Positions 39,201 through 53,000 of a stretch of 64,000 bases of DNA are shown here, in pieces. Each line of letters begins with the position of its first letter. The stretch's first letter is position 1. A program made the translations under genes and the position numbers. The stretch comes from Pseudovirgaria hyperparasitica (Eukaryota). The notes below the pieces were generated by a model. That model searched no databases. It worked only from the letters and a program-made list of their open reading frames with translations, and was not told the DNA's origin. Where the stretch lies: the NCBI GenBank assembly GCA_010093815.1, contig ML996574.1, one strand, 5' to 3'.

Positions 39201-41457
39201 TTGGAGCATTAGCCCAAAGTCAAGTTTCTCCGTGCTCATTGTCTTTGCTGCGCTGATTTCACTCTGCTCGGAGATACTCTTCTTCCTGACGCTATGGATG
39301 CTGCCTGCGTCAAATGTCTCCCCAGGCTTCTCTCGGTAGTCTTTGTGCTCTTCTGCCTCGAGAAACTGTTGAATACGCTGGAAAGACCCAACAGCACCCA
39401 TAAATGTGACTAGCGCTTGCATGAAGGATTGGATGGGCTCTGATAACAGTGTGAAAAGAGACAGAGACGTGAAAACTCGAGCCGTGTCTAACGTAGTATT
39501 GCCACCGGCGTTTCGGGCTGTGACGGAGAAGACAGCAAATGTCAGAATAGGGGCGCCGACGGGGGTGATATACGCTAAATATATCAGTCCAAAACGTTCA
39601 ACTGTTGATATGTGCACATACAGAATGCCATGGTATAGATCTGCAACTTTCTGAAACCTTTCGAGATCTCCATTTCTTCCTTGCGGAGCTCCTGCAGGCG
39701 TCGTTGAAGGGTGTCCTTGAGACCACACATTTTAACCCCTTTCATGGCTCCAAGCATAGCGGTCGTGGCTGAGATACGTTTTTCGATGGCTTGTAGCCAC
39801 GCTGTCTGCCGCGCAAGGACGAGCGATGTAGTGGCTGCGGCGCCGAACATAGCAACTACACTCGTTAGTCACTAAGTCAAAGTTTTGCGCAGAATGAGCG
39901 TACAGATAGAGACACCGATTGGTATCGCGCAAGCAGCCCCTAATTGGCGTTGTAACAGGTATATAGCCAACACAATCTCGATGATGCACGCCCATAAGTC
40001 ATGCATCATTTGCCAACCAGTAGTTATTCTCTCGATGTCCGCACTCATCAATGTCAGCGCCGAGGCAGGATCTGTTGATGTCGACTGTAGATTTGTGGCT
40101 TTTCTGTAGATCATTGAGATCAAACCTCCGCGGGCCATTGTGATGGTTCTATATGACAAGTGTTGGCTTTGTCCGGTGGTGACCTGAAGTGTGTCAATTT
40201 TAACAACTTATTCCGAGGTAAATCAATAGTGCCTTACCGCAATACCCGAGTACACAATGACATACGCGCCAATCAAGCCATATCCTATCTGTCTGCTTTG
40301 TTTGTCAAGAAATTCGTTGGACAAAGTGATTGCTCTATCTATCAGTAGCGGTTGGCAGAATGTGAATGCGATCAAGGCGACTCGATAAGGGACAGCCGCA
40401 ACAATGGGCCATATCAGAGTCTTGAATGCTACACCGAATAACGCATTCGCCGGAATAGCGGTCTTCTTCACTAATGTAGTCTGCTCCGGTATTTTACTCT
40501 CCAACGCCATTTCTGTGGTCTGCTCCTTGGATACCGCAGAGGAAGATGACTGATCTGCTGCTTGTCGAGTAACTATAAGATGTTAAAATCGTCTTCATGT
40601 ACTGATATCCGCACAAAGTGGGAAGAAAGGTTCTATGTGTTGACGAACCTCGGTGCCAACTTGTCTGCATAATATAATCGAGATGTTCCGATTGCAATGA
40701 CTTGTCCAGCGGATATAGATCATCAACATCGAGATTGGCTTTGAAACCGACCTTGAACAATGAATTCAACCACCAAAATGTCCATCTGTTGAAGGTCCCT
40801 GCGAGTGCCTCCGGCGGACACGTTTCATAAGCTGGTCTTAGAAGATGTCTTTTCTGCTGGGACTCTAGCAGCAGCGAGACTCCCTTGATCCCACAGATCA
40901 GAATGAAAAGTACAGCATGGCTTCGATTATATTGCTGTAACCACAGGGTTCTCGCGTGAGCAATGTCGAAGAGAAGTGTAAACAGGAGATACAGTTCCAG
41001 TATAAGTGATGGTTTGACAGATCGATTATGTTCAACGTAGGAAAGAAGTCCTAATAGTATGGCTCCCACAAAGCTGAGACCCGCGGCGGCCACAGAGGCT
41101 TTTGATGCTATACTCATCGGCTGTATCCATAGTATCAACGCTGCAAAATTGAGCGCGGCTAGCGATGCATATCCTGTCTACGAACAATTTAGTAATTGAG
41201 ACAAGGCAAATCGGTAGCATGAGCTCTGTACTCACCAGCTTAACGAATCTCCATCTGCTGCGTACAACCTTCGGACGTGTTGTGCGCAGGTATAGTAGGC
41301 GTGCTGGAGCAAGGATGAGGAGCACTACGACTGGTAGAATGGTCAAGATAGTGTCTTCGAAGTACAATGTGAAATCAAAGCCACCACGACATGACCCAGC
41401 GTAAGGACCGAAGGTATTATCAATTTCCAAGCATCTTTCAGTCGAAGAATTGTCCAT
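36220..41457 (-). CDS. ABCC/MRP-type ABC exporter (TMD0-TMD1-NBD1-TMD2-NBD2), multi-exon
   Basis: N-terminal [18 protein letters not shown]0 motif. NBD1 has [22 protein letters not shown] and IVLLDD. TMD2 has [22 protein letters not shown]2 has [28 protein letters not shown] and ITVAHKL. The GT-AG introns I traced rejoin in frame. Confidence 0.95.
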
Positions 41458-44048
41458 ACTGAAGGTGTCCAGTCAGTTGCTCTGAGGTTGAGGATCACCG
41501 AGAGTTCACTTTGAACGACCAGATTCAAGAAATGATTCTGTCGATGCAGGCCTTAATGCACGCTTCAGGTTTCCCCGGAGATCGACGCATCTCTATAAGT
41601 CCAATTTCCTCCAGTTGGTAGGCATCAGGTGCATTAATCCCGGGCTTACAGCTACAGCTACCATGTCGTAAGGGGCGCCCGTATATGCTACAGTATGGAC
41701 AACATGGCAGAAACGCGTGGGTCAATGCATAGCATTGCTAAATATGGAGATGTTTGGCACCTGCATAAGTTCATCTAGAATTTGCAGCGGTCAAGGAAGA
41801 GACTGTGATCGGCGAAATTAGTTGTATATTGATTAGTTCCTAGATGAAGCCGCAGCTGGCAACTCCTCCGGACCCCACTGGCCTAGCGTCATGCGCGCAT
41901 TGGTAGTTCACGAACCTTATAGACCAGACACTTGTCCATCCCGCCCTGGATGCTGACACTTTGAGCCAGCCTGACCACTTGTGTAGTTTCGACGCCCCCA
42001 TGTTATTCCAACCGCCACGGCGCCTCTTATCCCGTCATGGAAATTCCCTCTGATCTTTTGACTCCGTGCCCGCCTGCTGCCGCTAACCTTGATTACTGTG
42101 ACCAGGTATTCTTTGTATTCCTTGATATATGGTAACTGGGATCTAGGTTAGGTGCAATCGCAACCTTGACCATAGGGGCTCAATGGAATGATGCTCGTCA
42201 AATGCCCACACTGCGGACTATTCCCGTAATGATCAGGCTGATCATCTCACTCCATAGTAATCAGAAGGTCCTCAACTGACCCCGCCACGTCTGGTCGTTT
42301 CTTGGCCTGATTCTGTTTTCTTTTTCTCTGGCCTGCCTCTACGTACCCGACTTGAGTATTTCGTGTGCAAGAACATGTGGTGGCGAATTGTTCAGATGTT
42401 GCGCTCTCTGCGTCAAGAAGTGAAGTGCCAAGCTTGTAGGACCTTGTGATCATACGCTCAAGCGAGTGTAAAAGCTGTTTCCCATTGGGCTCTCTGATGG
42501 GATCGAGTTCATAGTGACCACTGTGAGCTGTTCCTTATTCATGTTTTTCGGGTCACTATACCCTGGGTTACAATCTCCAGGCGCGTCGGCACGTCGACGC
42601 GTCGCCGTTCCATACCCGCTCGTGAGAATCAACTTGCACTAAGGGTGTTTCTAGCATAAATTTGTAAGATGGTCGCTTTGTAATGTCCAGCAGCAGTAGC
42701 TTAAGAGTGGATCAGAGTTGATCCCGGGAGTTGCTGCCTTGTGAACTATCACTGTACATAGCAGGCAGCCGTACTAGACTTTGCAGCATGTGGTGAGGTT
42801 GGAATTCACTCAAAAGGTCTGTGCCCTGCCGTTGTCTTATTGAAACACCCGGACCAAGCAGTGATCCATAGCGTGTCGAACTACTAGCACTTTGCGTATC
42901 TTTGAGTACACTTGCTGACAGGATGGGGAAGTGGAGCATTACTAACTGAGTCATCATTACAGTATCGAATCTTCGCACAAAGTCAATTCTCGTCCCTTAT
43001 TCACCAGTTTCCATCGTTCAGGGGAAACGTGACCCCGTCTGTCTGCTCACCCTGGCTTTCACTCGTCATAGTAGTCCATTCGTAATGACCACACCCGAGT
43101 CCTGGACTCCACTCGCCCTTCCCTGTCCAGTTCCAATCCTGGTTCGACTTTCTTGTTTGTCGCTCTTCCATCGATTGCCCCATGCAGGATTACCACATCA
43201 GCCGCAAGCCCAACTTCGTGCTGACTTGCGACGTCAGTGACTGGTAACATAGGAGGCTTGCATAAGTTGGACAAAAGTCGCTGGCCCGTGCCGCACGGCG
43301 GGCGACTGGCACAGCCTTACAGCGGCGCCATGGTCTTAAAGTCGCAACACTAGAAGGCTGGGAATGCTGGCAGCTGTCAAGCATCCGTTCACAAGGTGGC
43401 TGTCTCTACGTGGTAAGTGGGCTTACAGGGTGTGGCGTTCCGGGCCCTCGGGAGGCTATATCCTCACTAGTGATCCAGCTACCGGGATCTGAATTAGGAG
43501 GTCGGCCGGAACGTCTATTTTGTGGCGTCAGATCCTCGCAGCTTACCGTGCTCTCTTTTGGGCCTTCCCATCAGTCGAGCCGTTGGGTGGTAGACTTCTT
43601 TTTCCCAGGATACACAAAATATACTATGGCCAAGTGTTCGATCGTCCGTTGTGTATGGCGTCCTGCGCCCGGAGTTGCTTGTGCAGTCCAGCCCCGTCAT
43701 GTACCCCTGGATCGGGCGTCTACGTTACAGCGTAAGTACCGATGTATCGTAAACTATCGTTACAATGCTGTTTGGCCACTCCACCTCGAGGAGAATCTGA
43801 TTATGAACTAATCCATCCTGGGAACCACGGAGATACAGCCACGTGCCAGCGCTGTAGCTACTCGATCTACCACACCCTACACTGACCTGTACACTTGCAG
43901 ATATCACTCTACTGAAGCTTACCACACCTGTTATTGCTCTCTCGTTACGTCGCATTGAACTTCCGTGACCCATCACTTCCACTCATTCGCCTATCACCGA
44001 CATTCGAGCAACTACCCTACTCACGGAAACATACCCAGTACGAACGTT

Positions 44049-47000
44049 ATGGCACGTCGATCGAGTTCGAGCCGCTCAAGCGCTCAATTGTTCTGGAAAC
44101 ATTACCTCTCCGGCGCGGATTCATGTCATTTCCCTCGCTTCGAGGGCGAGACGGATGGCGCGAACCTCCCTCTGCTCATTAACTTAGCCTCAAGTACCAC
44201 GAATGAGTTGCTCCATATGGCAGCAAGAGACGTTGATATGATGTCGAGCGCTCTACGTGTTACCTGGGCGCTTTTGTTAAGACTCTATACTGGTATGGAC
44301 GACGTTTGTTTTGGATTCTTGGAAACTCGAAGACAAAGCAACAGTACCGATTCAAATTCACCAATGCCCATAATGCGAATGCGTCTGCGTGGCTCCGATA
44401 CATTATCACAGACTTTGGAATCCTCAAAAGAGGCTTTCCTGAAGTGGCGCCCGTATCAGAGTCATAGTCTAGACGATTCGAGCTTTCTGGCACAAGAAGA
44501 TATCCAAAGATTATTTAATTCAGAGCTGGTGATTCGACACTATGGACCTTCTGGGACAGCTCGCGAAATCGAGAAGTTGACCACCACGCTTGCTGGCGTA
44601 TCCGAAGTACGTTCTCCTAATTCCATTCTCGACAAACTGCACTGACCATGATCATAGAACCATGTCAGACTCAACGTGAAATATCTCAGTGGAGGACTGA
44701 GTATATTTCTCGAATGGTGGAGTGCTGGTATGACTTCAAAGCAAGCTAAGAGCATCGCAGAGACCTTCGAAAGAATTCTCCGTGCTGTCCTTACACAACC
44801 AGATACGACCACGGATAGCCTGGACTGTTTGAGTCAGTTCGACATGAATCAGTTCCTTGTTTGGAACAGTATTTCCATGGAGCCCTCAAGTGAGATGATC
44901 CACGAGCTCATCAGGCGGAGATCAATATCAACCCCAAACAAACAGGCAATATGCGCCTGGGATGGCTCATATTCCTATCAAGAATTGGATCACATTTCAT
45001 CCAAGCTTGCCGCACTCCTGATGTCGCATGGTGTTGGCCCTGAAAGTCATGTTGCCCTCGTCTTCGACAAGACGGCGTGGAATGTTATTGCTATGCTAGC
45101 GGTGTTGAAAGCTGGAGGCTCGTTTGTTCCACTCGACCCTGCGTATCCAATCCCTCGTTTGCAAACACTGGTTCGCAAGGTCAAATCTCGGGTCTTACTT
45201 TGTTCGCAAAGACTGGCTGAAAAGCTGGTATCTACGGCAGCAGTCGTCATTCCCATTGATGAACGCAATGCCGAACATATTCTAAGTCCTTTCTCGTCTG
45301 GTCCGAGCCCCATCGCAATCTCGGTCACACCCTCGAACGCAGCATACATAATCTTCACCTCCGGATCGACTGGTCAACCGAAGCCTACTGTTATCGAGCA
45401 TCGCGCATTCGTTGCCAGCGCGAAACTCCACGGCCCGGCCATGCTTATGACTGACCAGTCACGTGTCTTACAATTTGCCGCGCATACTTTCGATGCAAGT
45501 CTTGTCGAAATTCTCACGACTCTTCTTGTAGGTGGCTGTATTTGTATACCGAGCGATGATGACCGATTGAACCACATCTCAAAGTCGATGCTCGACATGA
45601 ATGTGAATTGGGCAGTATTGACTCCATCTTTCATCAACTTCTTGGCACCGTCTGATGTACCTGGACTGAAGACACTAGTGTTAGCCGGAGAAGCGATGTC
45701 GCCGAACCATGTTGAGATATGGTCTGGGGTTAATCTAGTCAACGGGTACGGACCTTCAGAGGCTTCTGTAGCTTCTGTCGTAAATTCGCACGTTGACCGG
45801 AATACTCGTCCTAACAATATTGGTCATCCTGTTGGTGTAAAGTGCTGGGTCGTGGATTCCGAGAACCATGACTTGCTGCTTCCAATTGGCTGTGTGGGCG
45901 AACTTCTTATCGAGGGTCCAACTTTGGCCCGTGAATATTTTGATGACGACGAGAAGACATCTCGTGCTTTCATTACGAACCCCGTCTGGTCGTCGTCAGG
46001 CTTCGACCGGAGGTTTTATAAAACTGGCGATCTTGTACGATGGGATATAAAAGATGGCTCTTTGTCCTTTTTGGGCCGGAAAGACAACCAAGTCAAGGTG
46101 CATGGACAGCGAGTCGAACTTGGAGAAATAGAATATCACTTGTCTGCTGATCCAGCTGTTGAGGCCGCAACAGTGTTCTTTCCAAAAGTTGGCCATTGTA
46201 CAGGTCGTCTAGTATCCATATTGACACTGAAGGCATATGCTACACTGATCAAGCAAGGTGAAGAGCCACTAAAACTCTTCGATCCCCCAGATCAGCAGTC
46301 TACCAACAACATCACCGCGGAAATTCGGCAACGCATTGCAGAAATACTACCATCTCATATGACGCCCACGCTGTGGCTAGCCGTTAGTTCCCTACCTTTC
46401 CTTCCATCGGGTAAACTGGATCGCAAGCACATTGCCACATGGATTGACCATATGACCGATGATATATGGTCTCAAATCATGTCACCAAGCGAAGGTGAAC
46501 TATCCGATCAGGATCATACGTTGTCACAGACAGAGGCCGATGTTAGAGACGTCTGGAGCCGCGTACTCAACATCAAACCTGAACAGATCGGATGTCAGCG
46601 CTCCTTCCTGAGCTTAGGTGGTGATTCGATCACTGCAATGCAAGCCGTTTCAAACTTCCAAAAGAAAGACTTCAAGATTACTGTGCAAGAGGTCCTTAAA
46701 GCGAAATCTATTGTTGAATTAGCCAAGTTAGTGCGCTCATCCGAAACCCAAATCGAGTACAGTGAGGAAATGGAGCTTGACTTCGCATTATCTCCGATAC
46801 AACAGATGTTCTTCGCCCTTCCTGGTCAGGGGCGAAGTCATTTCAATCAAAGCTTCTTCCTGCGCCTGACACGCCAGAAACCGGCCCAACAAATCAGGAC
46901 CGCTGTACAAACGATTGTCAAGCGACACTCCATGCTCCGCGCACGGTTCAGTCACAATCCCTTCGGGGGAGGGTGGCAGCAGCGAGTGACAGACAATATC

Positions 47001-50000
47001 CATGGGTCGTACAGGTTCCGTGTCCACAATATCTTGACTCAAGATGACGCGACACCGTACAACGCGGACGCACAACGCGCTTTAGATCCAATGAATGGTC
47101 CAATTTTTGCAGCTGAATTATTCCAGGCTGCCCCTGGGGAGGGCCAGTATCTATTCTTGGTTGGACATCATCTTGTGATCGATCTTGTATCGTGGCGGGT
47201 GATCTTGGAGGAGCTCGAAGATATCCTTACCGGTGCTGGTGGCAATTCAGACCCGAAATCGACCATCCCTTTCCAAACATGGTGCAATCTCCAAGTTCAG
47301 CACTGTAAAGATCTGCTGCCTGAAGAAGTCTTGCCTCCAGCGGACATCCCCCAGGGTAACCTTTCATACTGGGCAATGGAAAACCAGCCGAATACTTATG
47401 GTGGAGCGGTCTGCGAAGGCTTCGAGATTGAATCTACCATCACTTCTCAACTGCTCACGTCATGCCATGATGCTATGCGCACTGATGTCATGGACATACT
47501 TGCTTCAGCACTTCTGCATTCATTCAAAGACGTCTTCAACGATAGAGATGCACCAGCTTTGTATGTTGAAGGCCACGGTCGTGAGCCCTGGAATACGTCT
47601 ATCGACCTCAGTAGAACAGTCGGCTGGTTCACAACCATGTATCCCATTCACGTTTCACCGGAACAAGAAGCTGTAGATACGATACGCGCTGTAAAAGATT
47701 TTCGCAGGCGCGTACCTGCCAACGGCAGACCTTATTTCGCAAGTCGTGTCCTTAGCTCGAAAGGTCGCAATGCCTTCAGTCATCACTGGCCGTTGGAAGT
47801 GACCTTCAATTACCTGGGCCAATATCAACAGTTGGAACGGGAAGATTCGCTGCTCAAACCCGCGGCAGAAATGTCTGGCGAAGCTCGTTCTGCCGGGGGA
47901 AGTGCTGATTACGGCGACGCTACCCCAAGATTTGGCCTGTTCGAAATATCGGCGGTAGTAGTTGCCGGTAAACTTCGCTTCTCATTTACATTCAATCGAA
48001 GCGTTCAACATCAAAGTCTCATCCGCCACTGGATCTCTCGATGTCGAGACGTTTTGATTGAGATTGCAACTCGACTATCTACCATGTCACCAGAGCTTAC
48101 ACTTGCCGATTTCCCTCGCTTACAGATGTCATATGGCCATCTCAGAGCATTGGCCCGACAGACGCTACCTTCACTAGGGATCCATGATATACGTGAAATT
48201 GAAGACATTTACCCGTGCTCTGCCATCCAAGAAGGTCTGCTACTCAGCCAGAGCAAGAGTCCGGATTTTTATGCCGTTCAAGTGATTTATGAGGTGTCGC
48301 GTAAAAGTGGACTAGATCTGACATCGAGTGAAATCGCGGCGGCCTGGCGACAAGTCGTCACTCGACACGCTATGCTTCGGACAATTTTCGTTGAGAACGT
48401 CGGTTCAGGCAACGATATGTACAATCAGATTGTCCTCAGCCGCTATACGGGCAACATTATTACTTCGCATTTCGTCGATGATCGAGAATGCCTCGAAGCG
48501 TTAAACCAGAAGATACCCAGTGCATACGACAATGGCACCATACCTCCTCATCGACTAACAATTAGTTCTACGTCTATCGGCAGAGTCTTTTGCAAGCTCG
48601 AAATCGGCCATCAGATTATGGATGGGGCATCAATGTCTGTGATCTTCCGAGACCTCGCGATGGCAATCGAAGGCCAGCATCAAAATCCAGCACCGCTTTT
48701 CAGTGATTATATCGAGTTTGTTGCCAATCAGCCCAAGGAGAGTGGAATAGAATATTGGAAAAGTTACTTGAGTGATGCGGAACCTAGTCTGTTCCCAGTC
48801 CTGCATGACGGCCACTACAAAGAACGTCGATTGGGCTCTCTTCGAATCAACTTCGCCGAGCTTGCAAAGTTACAGAAGTCATGCGAACAATCTGGAATTA
48901 CCCTGTCCAATGCTATCCATACGGCGTGGGCACTTACTCTCAAATGTTACACCGGCCAAAATGATGTCTGCTTTGGATACCTGGTGTCAGGCCGAGATGC
49001 TCCCATTGATGGGATCGATGATGCTGTCGGCCCTATGATCAACACCCTTGTTTGTCGAGTGCGCATGGAGCCGGAAGACCGCCTCAGGGATACCCTTGAT
49101 AAAGTTCAGGAGGACTATGTCGCCAGTCTACCGTTCAAGTACTCTCCACTGGCAGAGATCCAACATGCTCTCAGCCTGTCGGGGACGTCACTGTTCAATA
49201 CCGCTCTTTCGTATAGACGTCTACCCAAGAGTGCGAAACCTACCGAGCGCACAGTATCTTTCATAGAGGCCTCGCCAATATACGATCCTACAGAGTACAA
49301 TGTGTCACTCAACATTGAGGTTTCTGACCAGGACGTTTTTATAGACCTCGACCATTGGACGGATGTCTTATCCACCGGGCAAGCTGATCATGTCGCCAGC
49401 CTGTTCGTCAATTCGCTACGTAATATAACTTTCCACTCAAACAGTAAGCTAGCGGACCTTCAACATTTCACAGATCTGAGCCGCGAAAAGGTCATGTCTT
49501 GGAATCATCAGATGCCTGCCTCGTCGGCTCTCTGCGTGCATGAAATTTTCTCTCAGCAAGCTGCTCGACGACCAGAAGCCTCTGCAGTCTGTGGCTGGGA
49601 CGCAAACTTCACTTATGAGGAGCTGGATGATCTATCTGATAGACTTGGTCACTATCTGAAGAAACTTGGGGTCATCCCTGAGACCCTGGTTCCACTTTGC
49701 TTCGAAAAGAGTGCATTTACGATTGTCGCTATGCTTGGAGTTTTGAAGGCCGGTGGTGGTTTTGTGCCGCTGGACGCAACTCATCCGAAGCATGCCTTGG
49801 AAGTCCGCATCCGCGATGCCGGTGCCAAAATTGTCCTCACTTCGGATGCTCGCTCCGAGATGCTTGAGGATATCGTTCCTCTTGTCATACCAATCAACTC
49901 TTCTCTTCTAGAGCAGTTACCAAGTCCCATCGACAGATTAGAGTCTCGTGTCAAGCCAGACAATATTGCCGTGGTGATTTACACATCTGGCTCTACGGGG

Positions 50001-53000
50001 AAACCTAAGGGTGTTATGTTGACCCACGACGGTTTAGCTACTAGCGGTGCCGCGCACGGTCCAGCTATGAACATCAGCTCGACTACTAGAGCCCTGCAAT
50101 TTGCTGCATACACTTTCGACAATACTCTCGAGGAAATTCTTACTACGCTTATGCTTGGCGGTTGCGTCTGCGTACCCACAGATCACGATCGGCTCAATGA
50201 CCTGGCTGGAGTGATTCAACGATTTCAGGTCAATTGGACAGACCTCACTCCTACAGTTGCTAGTTTCCTCAATCCCAGAGATGTACCGACATTACGCAAC
50301 CTCGGACTCGGAGGTGAAGCAGTGACGAAGGCTGTGCTTGACCTGTGGAGGGATGCCCCGGTGCAAATTCATTGTGTTTATGGCCCCTCGGAATGCTCAA
50401 TCAATTCATCCTGGAATGGCGAAGTCGCCTTCGCTGGCGAGGTGACCAATATCGGTCATGGTATAGGCTGTCTTCTATGGATAGTCGATCCAGAGGATCA
50501 CAATAGACTATTGCCTATTGGTTGCAGTGGTGAACTCATCGTCGATGGCCCAATTGTTGGTAGGGGTTACCTCAACGACCCAGAAAAGACAGCTGCAGCT
50601 TTCATCGAACCGCCGCCGTGGGCAATGTCCTCGGGGACAAGGTTTCGTAGGCTGTACAAAACAGGAGATCTTTGCAGGTACAATTCAGACTCGTCAATCA
50701 CGTATCTCGGACGTAAGGATACGCAGGTCAAGCTCAATGGCCAGAGACTAGAGCTTGCAGATATTGAGCACTACATTCAGAGTAGCAGTATGTCCGACAT
50801 GCAGTCCGCTGTTGAGCTGGTGATCACTAGTGGTAGAAAGCAACTGGCGGCCTTCATTTCTGTCACAGGCGATGGATCTGTGCCTAATTCTAGCGAAGCA
50901 GACTTTCTGCTGGAAATGTCTCACGAATTTAGTACCACAGCCACTGACCTTCAGCAACGACTTGCAGGCCTGCTTCCATCGTTCATGGTTCCCACAATGT
51001 ATCTACCTGTGTCAAGGATGCCCCTAACCTCCTCGGGGAAGCTTGATAGAAAACGACTGCGGCAGCTCCCACAATCATTTTCAGAAGCACAAGTTGCGAC
51101 ATACAGACTTGCGGGCAAGAGTGGAAGGGCACCTGAGTCAGATGTTGAAATATGCCTTCAACTTCTGTGGAGCAATATCCTTGGAATAGACTCCTCGTCA
51201 ATAGGTGTGGATGACAGTTTTTTTCGGAAAGGCGGTGACTCAATTGGAGCCATGAAACTTGTCAACGCTACACGAGCCAAGGGGCTGGTGCTGTCTATTG
51301 CCACGATTTTTCAGAAGCCAAAATTGGTCGACATGGCGCAAGAAATGAGATGCACCGAATCAACCGAATCTGACCCTGAGCAAGGATTCGATGTTGAGCC
51401 GTTCTCTTTACTAAGTAGAAACATCGACCTTGACGAAATATTGTCTGAGGTCACTGCGGAATGTGGCATAAGCTCAGATGCCGTGGAAGATATCTATCCT
51501 TGCACCCAGCTACAAGAAGGACTGATAGCATTATCTATGAAGCAGCCAGGCGCATATGTTGCACAGAATACGTATCGACTCCCGTCGAACATTGATATCC
51601 CTCGCTTTAAGGCTGCATGGGATGCCGTGGTTGAGACAGAAGTTGTACTTCGTACCAGAATCGTTTTTACCAAGCACCACGGGTTCCTTCAAGTTATAAT
51701 CAGACAGCCCGTGTTTTGGTATGCGGGAATGGACCTTCTGGAGATCACAGAAGAAGACCGGATCCTTCCCCCACACAACGGCGGTGAGCTAATGCGTTTT
51801 GCAATCTTAGGAGAAGGTACCAATAGCTGCTACTTTTCGTGGACACTACACCACGCTACATATGATGGTAAGCGTTCGGAGAGTCTCACAGAAGACAGAG
51901 GGCTAATGCTAGTTCATATAGGCTGGTGTATACCTACAATCCTTGATCGCGTCGGTGACTACTACCGCCATTCAAGGCTTCCTAGTACACGAGCTATGTC
52001 TTCTTACCCGAGGTTCATCAAGTATTTGGCCGCTATCGATCACGAGGCTGAGTATGAATTCTGGAGGGCTCGACTCGCCGAACCGAATGCGCAACCATTT
52101 CCTGCGCTACCTAATCCCACATATCAGATACAGGCGAAGAGCCACATTAGACATGCCGCTGTCACATCACGGGTCTCTGGGTCTGAGATCACCATGGCGT
52201 CCACCATTAGAGCCGCTTGGGCCTTGACTCTGTCTGTATATTCTGGTTCCGATGATGTGATCTTCGGCGAAACGCTGACCGGGCGAGACTCACACGTCCT
52301 TGGAATTGAAGATATGGTAGGACCCACACTGGCGACGGTGCCTACTCGAGTCTGCGTCAAACGGGATACTACAGTAAACGAGTACCTCCAAGAAGTTCAA
52401 GCTCGATCCGTTGAAGCAATTGCCTTTCAACACACCGGTCTTCAAAACATAAAACGTCTTGATCAGGACTGCGCCACTTCGTGTCAGTTCCAGAACTTGA
52501 TCGCTATAAATCAGGGCGCGGATGATGCGACAGATGACCTCTGGAACCTACAAAGCAGCGACACCATTGGAACTAGTTTTTTCACTTACCCCTTGATGGT
52601 CCAATGCACGGTAAGTGCAGCAGAAGTGGTAATAGAAGCTGACTACGACCAACAGATACTCCCAGAAACCCAAGCTGAGAGGCTTCTTCACCAGTTTGCA
52701 TTCATGATTGAAAGTTTGAACAGCCGAGATGCTTCCTCGATCGGGCGAAAAGTTGGCGATATCGAAATGATGAGCACGTTGGACCGAGAGACTGTCAAAG
52801 AGTGGAATGGACATCTCCTTAGGACCAACAGCAGCTGTATCCATGATATGATTCACGAGATGAACCGGTCTCGGCCCTCCAGACCTGCCGTCGCCGGATG
52901 GGATGGCGACCTTACTTACTCACAGTTAGACGTACAAGCAAGCCTTGTGGCCCACTACCTCGCCACAGAAGGCGTTTCGACGGGCTCGATGGTGCCTTTT

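Noticed and set aside
41500..44000. Small ORFs (60-133 aa) between the ABCC gene and the NRPS as cluster regulators or RiPP precursors
   Set aside because: No Zn2Cys6 or bZIP motif, signal peptide or repeated KR-flanked cores. Treated as divergent promoter DNA.
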